A stretch of DNA of 64,000 nucleotides, from positions 3,596,001-3,660,000 of the forward strand of contig OY986947.1 in assembly GCA_963920595.1 (NCBI GenBank). The letters are read 5' to 3'. The translations under genes were made by a program, and so were the position numbers. Shown here in pieces: positions 50,011 through 64,000 of this stretch (its first letter is position 1; the number at the start of each line of letters is the position of its first letter). Origin of the DNA: Eimeria praecox (Eukaryota). The notes beneath the pieces are model-generated. The model had not been told where the DNA came from, did not search any database, and was given only the letters and a program-made list of their open reading frames with translations.

Positions 50011-50283
50011 GAGCAGGAGAGGAGCAAGAGCAGCAAAGCGATGCTGCTTCTGGCTATGAGTTGTGGGGTCTACTACGATGGCCTTCTGCTGCTGCTGCTG
50101 CAGCAGGAGACAGCGGCAGCTGCTGTTTGTTTGTAGGAGGAGACACCTTAGAAGGTAAAGTTGCTCCGTTCGTATCTGCTGCAGGCTCAGGCCCATTAGC
50201 TGTGCTGCGGCGAGTGCAGCGAAATCTGCTGCTAGATGTAGCGAACTGTACATACACCTCAGATGCACCAGCAGCAGCAGCAC

Positions 50284-50318
<35 letters not shown>

Positions 50319-51212
50319 ACAACAGAAGCTTGGGAGTTTCATGGTAGAGTAGAGAAGGCAATATCTTTCTGCGAGTCTCCCGACTTCGATCCGTTCAAAG
50401 AAGCATTTGTAGCTCAAGCAGCAGGGGCGCCGCAGCAGCAGCAGCAGCAGCACGGGGGTACAGCAGCAGGCTCAGGCTCTGCTGCTGCTGCTGCTGCTGC
50501 TGCTTCGGCTGATAGTGATGCTGTGTGGCTTATAGCAGCATCCCCTCAGCTGCAGCAGATGCAGGATTCGTGGCAGCTCCTATATCTTGATGCTGAGCTA
50601 CGTAATATGCTGCAGCAGCAGCAGCAGCAGCAGCAGCAGCGGCTGCTGCTTGTTAAGGGGAGGCCTGCTGTATTGCCTCTTCCTGCTGCTGTAGCGCAGC
50701 TACGAGAAGAGACTGAAGCTGTTGTTTGCTGCAGCAGCAGCAGCTTTCGTCCCTGTCAGAACACTATTGATGGTGAGGTTTTGGTCTGCTGTAGAGACAC
50801 TGCAGCAGCAGCAAATGCAGCAAATGCAGCAGCAGATGATGATATCATCATAGTAGACGATGACAGCAACAGCAGCAGCAGCAACAGCAGCAACAGCAGC
50901 AGCAACAGCAGCAGCAGCAGCAGGAAAGGGAGCCACGGTGTTGCTGTTATGGGGATATGTAGATCTGTGCTGCAGCTAGAGAGATCTCGAGGACGCTACG
51001 GGCAGGTGCAGCAGCTGCTGCAGCTGCCGCTGCAGCGGCTGCTAGCATTTCATCCAAATGTTGTGTCTGCTGCTGCTGCTGCAGCAGGCAGAACTGTTCT
51101 TCCTTCTTCTTTTCTGCTGCAGCAAGTACAAGCAGCCCCCGCAGAAGTTGCTGCTGTCCTTCTAGGTGATGCTAGTCTTGCTTTTGAAGATACATACACC
51201 CCAGCAGCAGCA

Positions 51213-51246
<34 letters not shown>

Positions 51247-51476
51247 CAGGAGCAGCAGCAGCATCAGAGCAGCAAGAACAGGAGACAGATATACAGCAAC
51301 AATCCTTGAAACAGCTGCTGCAGCAGCTGCTGCAGCAGCTGCCACCTCTGTGGGGTGTCTTGCCGTCTCCTGTCTCCGAAGTAGTTTTATATGATGCAGA
51401 TATGGGGGGCTTCTTTACTGTTTCTGCTGCTGTGCTGCGACGATGGGTGCTGCGTATTGCAGACTGTCTAGCCCTA

Positions 51477-51533
<57 letters not shown>

Positions 51534-51657
51534 GAGTGGCGAAGTGTGGGGTGGGCGTTGGATACAGTTGAAGAGTGTGTGCGGAAGCACGGTCTTGTCA
51601 TAGAGGGGCTGCAGATACACCCTGACGGAGCAGCAGCAGCAGCAGCAACAGCAGCAA

Positions 51658-51689
<32 letters not shown>

Positions 51690-52246
51690 GCAGCAGAAAC
51701 AGAAACAGAAACAGCAGCAGCAGGAAGCAACAGATACCCACGTTTGACAGCTGGCTTGCTGCTGCAGCTGCTTCGTTGCTTCTGTGATATACGACTGCCG
51801 CAGCTTTGCTGCAGCAGCCATCCTACAGCATTTGGAGACATATGCCCTCCTCTCCCCACAGAAGCAGGTGCAGCAGCAACAGCAGCAGCAGCAGCAGCAG
51901 CAGCACCAGCAGCAGCAGCAACAGCAGCAGCAGATACTGTAGGGGACTTGGTGAGTGCGTTGCATGCGTTTGAAGGTGTCTTGAGGGATACAGCAGCAGC
52001 ACGAAAAGCGGAGATAGCTGTAAATCTTTTAAAACTACATTATATATTAGCAGCAGATACAGCAGCAAGTGTGGGGTTGCTGCTGCAGCTACAGTTTGGT
52101 GTTATATATTCACAATCTGCTGCTGTTGCTGCAGCAGATATTAAAAAATTTTGTATTGCACTTGGTAGGAGGTGGCAGCAGCTACCAATTAATATTATAC
52201 AGTGGGGGGAGAAACATCTAGATGCCCGTGTAGCACCGCTTCAGGC

Positions 52247-52302
<56 letters not shown>

Positions 52303-52687
52303 GAAACCCACAGCAGCAGCAGCAGCAGCAACAGCAGCAACAGCAGCAGCAGCAAGAGGAGCAGGTGAATAGATTGCTGCTGGCAGCATCAGAGCATATC
52401 CCTCTGCTATCTGTTTGGTTTCATAGGAAGCAACTGCAGCAGCAGCAAAGTATATCTTTATCTGCTGCTGAGCTGCTGCGGTGCTGCTGCTACGGCTTCC
52501 CTGATCTACGTACTGATTTCGAGCAGCAGCTAACCCCCCCCAGGTGTCTCCTCTATCCAAGACATTCGCGTGAAGCTGCTGCTGCTGGCATTGCAGCAGC
52601 AGCAGCAGCAGCACGCCTGATGCTCGCTGCAGCAACAGCAATTGTTGCTGCACCCCACAACAACAGCAGCAACAACAGCAGCAGCAA

Positions 52688-52718
<31 letters not shown>

Positions 52719-53040
52719 GGGGGATTTGTTTCGCTTATAGAAGATGAAGGAGACAGGAGATCTTTCTTACTTGGGATGCTGCTGTCTCCTCTGCGGGGTA
52801 GCTTTGCTGCAGTTGAGGGGCAGCTGCTGCAGCTACCTGCTGCAGCACTACCATTAACTATACGCGAACGACTTGTTGCTGCTTTCGCTATTAAGTCTAT
52901 TTGGAGAGAGGAAGAGCTGCTGCTGCTGCTGCGGCCTTGCTTCCTTAAGAGAGGACAGAGTCAGGTATGATTCTGGCGGCAGATACATGTTGTTGCTGCT
53001 GCTACTGCTGCTGTTGCTGTCGCTGCTCGTGTAGCTGGTG

Positions 53041-53071
<31 letters not shown>

Positions 53072-53416
53072 CGTGTAGCTGGTGTGCTGCTGCTGCTGCT
53101 GCTGCTAGGGTTTTCGTGCCAGACTTCCTATAGTAGCTGCTTCTTCTCGCATATGTTTTATCTTCTCTGCTACTGCTGCTACTGCTGCTGCTACTGCTGC
53201 TGCTGCTGCTACTGCTGCTGCTGCTACTGCTGCTGCTGCTACTGCTGCTGCTACTGCTGCTGCTGCTGGTGTGTACAGGACTTAGCGGTGATGTTAGGGG
53301 CTGCCCCCCGCAGCTATTGCTTCGTGCTGCAGACAGAATTATCTGCAGCAACAAAAGAGCAGACGACATCATTTAAAGCGAAGAATATCCCTCTACCATA
53401 CTGGGAGATAGACTGA
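49357..53416 (+). CDS. DCC1: CTF8-DCC1 fusion protein (Ctf18-RFC accessory subunits); exons 49357-49635, 49905-52964, 53279-53416
   Basis: Spliced NGLCLLDLQ|GE..ELWGLL..CLFVGGDTLEGKV..PLAVLRR..WEFHGRVEKAISFCESP matches the Ctf8 pattern. In the same exon follow WQLLYLDAEL..LLVKG..EAVVCCSSSSF..VMGICRSVLQLER..LLQQVQAAPAEV..LPLTIRERLVAAFAIKSIWREEELLLLLRP, matching the Dcc1 pattern. Both introns are phase 0 GT-AG. Confidence 0.8.
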
Positions 53417-53597
53417 TGCTGCTGTTGCTGCTGCTGCTGCTGCAGCTGCTGCAGCAGCAGCTGCTGCTGCTGTTGCTGCTGCTGCTGTTACTGCGGCGGC
53501 GGCTGAGGCGGCAGCAGCAGGGAGGCAGGGGGCTATCACTTCTTCTGTTTGCTGCATGCGATGCGACAGTCGAACGCATGCAGCAAGACAGCCCCAG

Positions 53598-54118
53598 CCA
53601 GCTAGCTAAATAGCTAGCTAGCTAAGTAGCTAGCTAGCTAAATAACTAGCTAAATAACTAGCTAGCTAGCTAGCTAGCTAGTCAGTCAGGTAGACAGCTA
53701 GCTAGCTATAAATAGCTAGCTAGCTATAAATAGCTAGCTAGCTAGCTAGCTGTGTTGATTGTGAGGCTACTAGCGAGTGCGCTAGCTAGCCGAACTTCGC
53801 TGACAGCTAAATTTTTAAAGCGGTGCTTTAGCTGCTGCTGCTGCTGCTGCTGGATGGCTAGCTAGCTGCTGCTGCTGCTGCTGCTGCTGGATGGCTAGCT
53901 AGCTGCTGCTGCTGGGTGGCTAGCTAGCTGCTGCTGCTGCTGCTGGGTGGCTAGCTAGCTGCTGCTGCTGCTGCTGCTGGGTGCTAGCTATGTGGCTACA
54001 GCAGCAGCAGTAAGTGCTGCTGCTAGCTAGCTAGCTTTGAGGGTAGTTAGACAGCTAGTTAGCTGGGCCGATGACTAGCTAGCTAGCTGGTTGAGAGGCT
54101 CTGTGCAGGGCTAGCTAA
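53598..54118. repeat. (TAGC)n self-complementary tetranucleotide tract and composite (GCT)n-GGRTGGCTAGCTA repeat
   Basis: TAGCTAGC runs at 53600-53790. About five units of (GCT)n followed by GG(A/G)TGGCTAGCTA at ~53830-53990. Confidence 0.92.
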
Positions 54119-54312
54119 AGGAGAAGGCTGAGGCATAGACAGATGCGCCGCTACCTGAGGGAGATCCTGCTGCTGCTGCTGCTGCATGCAGTTGTGCTGC
54201 TGCTGCTGCATGCATGCAGTTGTGCTGCTGCTGCTGCTGCTGCTTGAGATTGTGTTATGGAACGCGAAGGAGAAAGGGTGGAGGGGTTTGCTTGCTGCTG
54301 CAGTCGTGGACG

Positions 54313-54355
<43 letters not shown>

Positions 54356-54880
54356 GGCAGACAAGGGGGGTGGCTTAGCTTCAGGTGTCTTATAGCTGTT
54401 ATGCTATCCAGACAACAGCAGCAGCAGCAGCAGCAGCAGCAACAGCAACAGCAGCAACAGCAGCTCGATGACTGTCTGCCCAAACTCTAGCAAACTTGCT
54501 GCTGACCATGAGCAGCAGCAGCAGCAGCTGCTGCTGCTGCTGCTGCTGCTGACTAGAGCTTGATGTGCTGCTGCTGCTGCTGCTGCTGCTGCTGACTAGA
54601 GCTTGATGTGCTGCTGCTGCTGCTGCTGCTGCCGACAGACAAACTGATAAGGCTGCTCCTGGTGCATCCCCACTGCAACGAACCAGCGGTCTTGCTGCTG
54701 CAGGTCTTCGAGTTGCTCTTCTATAAATATAAATATATATATATAAATATATTTATTTATTATTTTTATATACTATATTTGTTTTATTAAAATAAATAAA
54801 AATATATTTATATATAATCATTCAAAAGGAGAGAAACAATCGCCGTAGAGCGAGCAACCGATGCACGTTCGTTCCCCTTG

Positions 54881-54943
<63 letters not shown>

Positions 54944-55084
54944 AGGAGAGAGGCCTCTAGTTCTTGTCTGGCTGTACGAATGTTTTTATAATTTTAATTA
55001 TTTTTGTTTTATTAAGAGGTGTATTTTAAAGAAAAAACATAAACACGAATACTCAACAAAGACGAGCTTCGGCTGCAGCTGTCT

Positions 55085-55137
<53 letters not shown>

Positions 55138-55147
55138 CGTTGCAATC

Positions 55148-55208
<61 letters not shown>

Positions 55209-55374
55209 GACTAGCTGGTTCTCCCTGAAGCCTGAAATAAGCATTTTTCTTCTAAATACTCTAATTAAAGAAATAAAGAATTAAATAAAACAAACAAATA
55301 AATAAAAATAATACAAAGAGAGACAAAGCAACACCGCCGCCGTAGCCGTGAGCAGTCTAGAAACCCCGATATAG

Positions 55375-55439
<65 letters not shown>

Positions 55440-55532
55440 GAAGCAGCAGCTTTAGACATTCTCCTCGAATATTGCATGTGCATGCATCTCGTTGGCTTAT
55501 GAGTTGCACACTTAGTAGCAGCCGAAGCATCT

Positions 55533-55565
<33 letters not shown>

Positions 55566-55700
55566 GCAGCAGCGATAGCAGCAACAGCAGCAGCAGCAGC
55601 AGCAGCGCCTGCAGCAACTAAGGAAGCAGTGAAACAGGGAGCTGCAGCTCCAGAGAAGCTATCAGCAGCAAGCCAGTCGCAGCTGCATCTGTTGCTGTGC
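54100..55700 (-). CDS. Possible low-complexity multi-exon hypothetical gene (boundaries uncertain)
   Basis: GC-rich blocks are separated by AT-rich intron-like spacers (54722-54840, 54975-55050, 55235-55335) with GT/AG ends. A phase-consistent chain ..GPISGFLDCSRLRR|RLQGEPASPP..SSSLL|TRQELEASLLQQ.. can be built. No domain. Confidence 0.3.
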
Positions 55701-55707
55701 CTGCTGC

Positions 55708-55740
<33 letters not shown>

Positions 55741-56029
55741 AGCAGCGCTCGACGGCAGCACGCTGTCTCGAGAGGCAGGGAAGGCCGCACCCGCAGCAGC
55801 AACAGCAGCAATAGCAGAAGCATCAGCGCCAATAGAATCAACAAAGGTGCAGCTGCTGCTGCTGCTGCAACAGCAACAGCAGTAAGAACAGCAGCAACAG
55901 CAGCAACAGCAGCAACAGCAGCAACAGCAGCAACAGCAACAGCAGCAGCAGCAGGTTGGAGGCCGCAACTCTTATTCCCTCCCTGCGCTGCTCGCTGGAC
56001 GATAGACAGCACCAGCTGCTTCTAGGACA

Positions 56030-56117
<88 letters not shown>

Positions 56118-56160
56118 CGCAGCAACAGCAACAGCAGCAGCAACAAATACATTACAGAAG

Positions 56161-64000
<7,840 letters not shown>

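Overview
Eukaryotic, intron-rich DNA typical of a coccidian (Eimeria-like apicomplexan). It is repeat-poor from 1 to ~42.7 kb, then switches abruptly to a CAG/CTG-saturated segment encoding poly-A/Q/S tracts. Supported genes: a type IA topoisomerase III alpha (-, ~18.4-25.8 kb); a multi-exon CDPK-like kinase/EF-hand gene whose catalytic residues are all substituted, i.e. a pseudokinase (+, ~30.6-35.1 kb); a single gene that appears to fuse the Ctf18-RFC subunits CTF8 and DCC1 (+, 49.4-53.4 kb); a class A FAD-dependent monooxygenase (+, 56.2 kb to beyond the window end); a 3-exon putative secreted protein; and several hypothetical genes. Three of the hypotheticals are paralogues of an unrecognised coiled-coil family sharing an 'SAKE(E/R)EQ' motif. 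Decayed Ty3/gypsy (chromovirus-type) retrotransposon relics lie at ~5.1-6.2, ~8.2-8.8 and ~26.1-29.3 kb. There are also perfect hairpins, a 49-bp minisatellite and (TA)n, (TAGC)n and (ATATTT)n arrays. All gene models and homologies were read by eye from motifs and splice phases; no database search was run.
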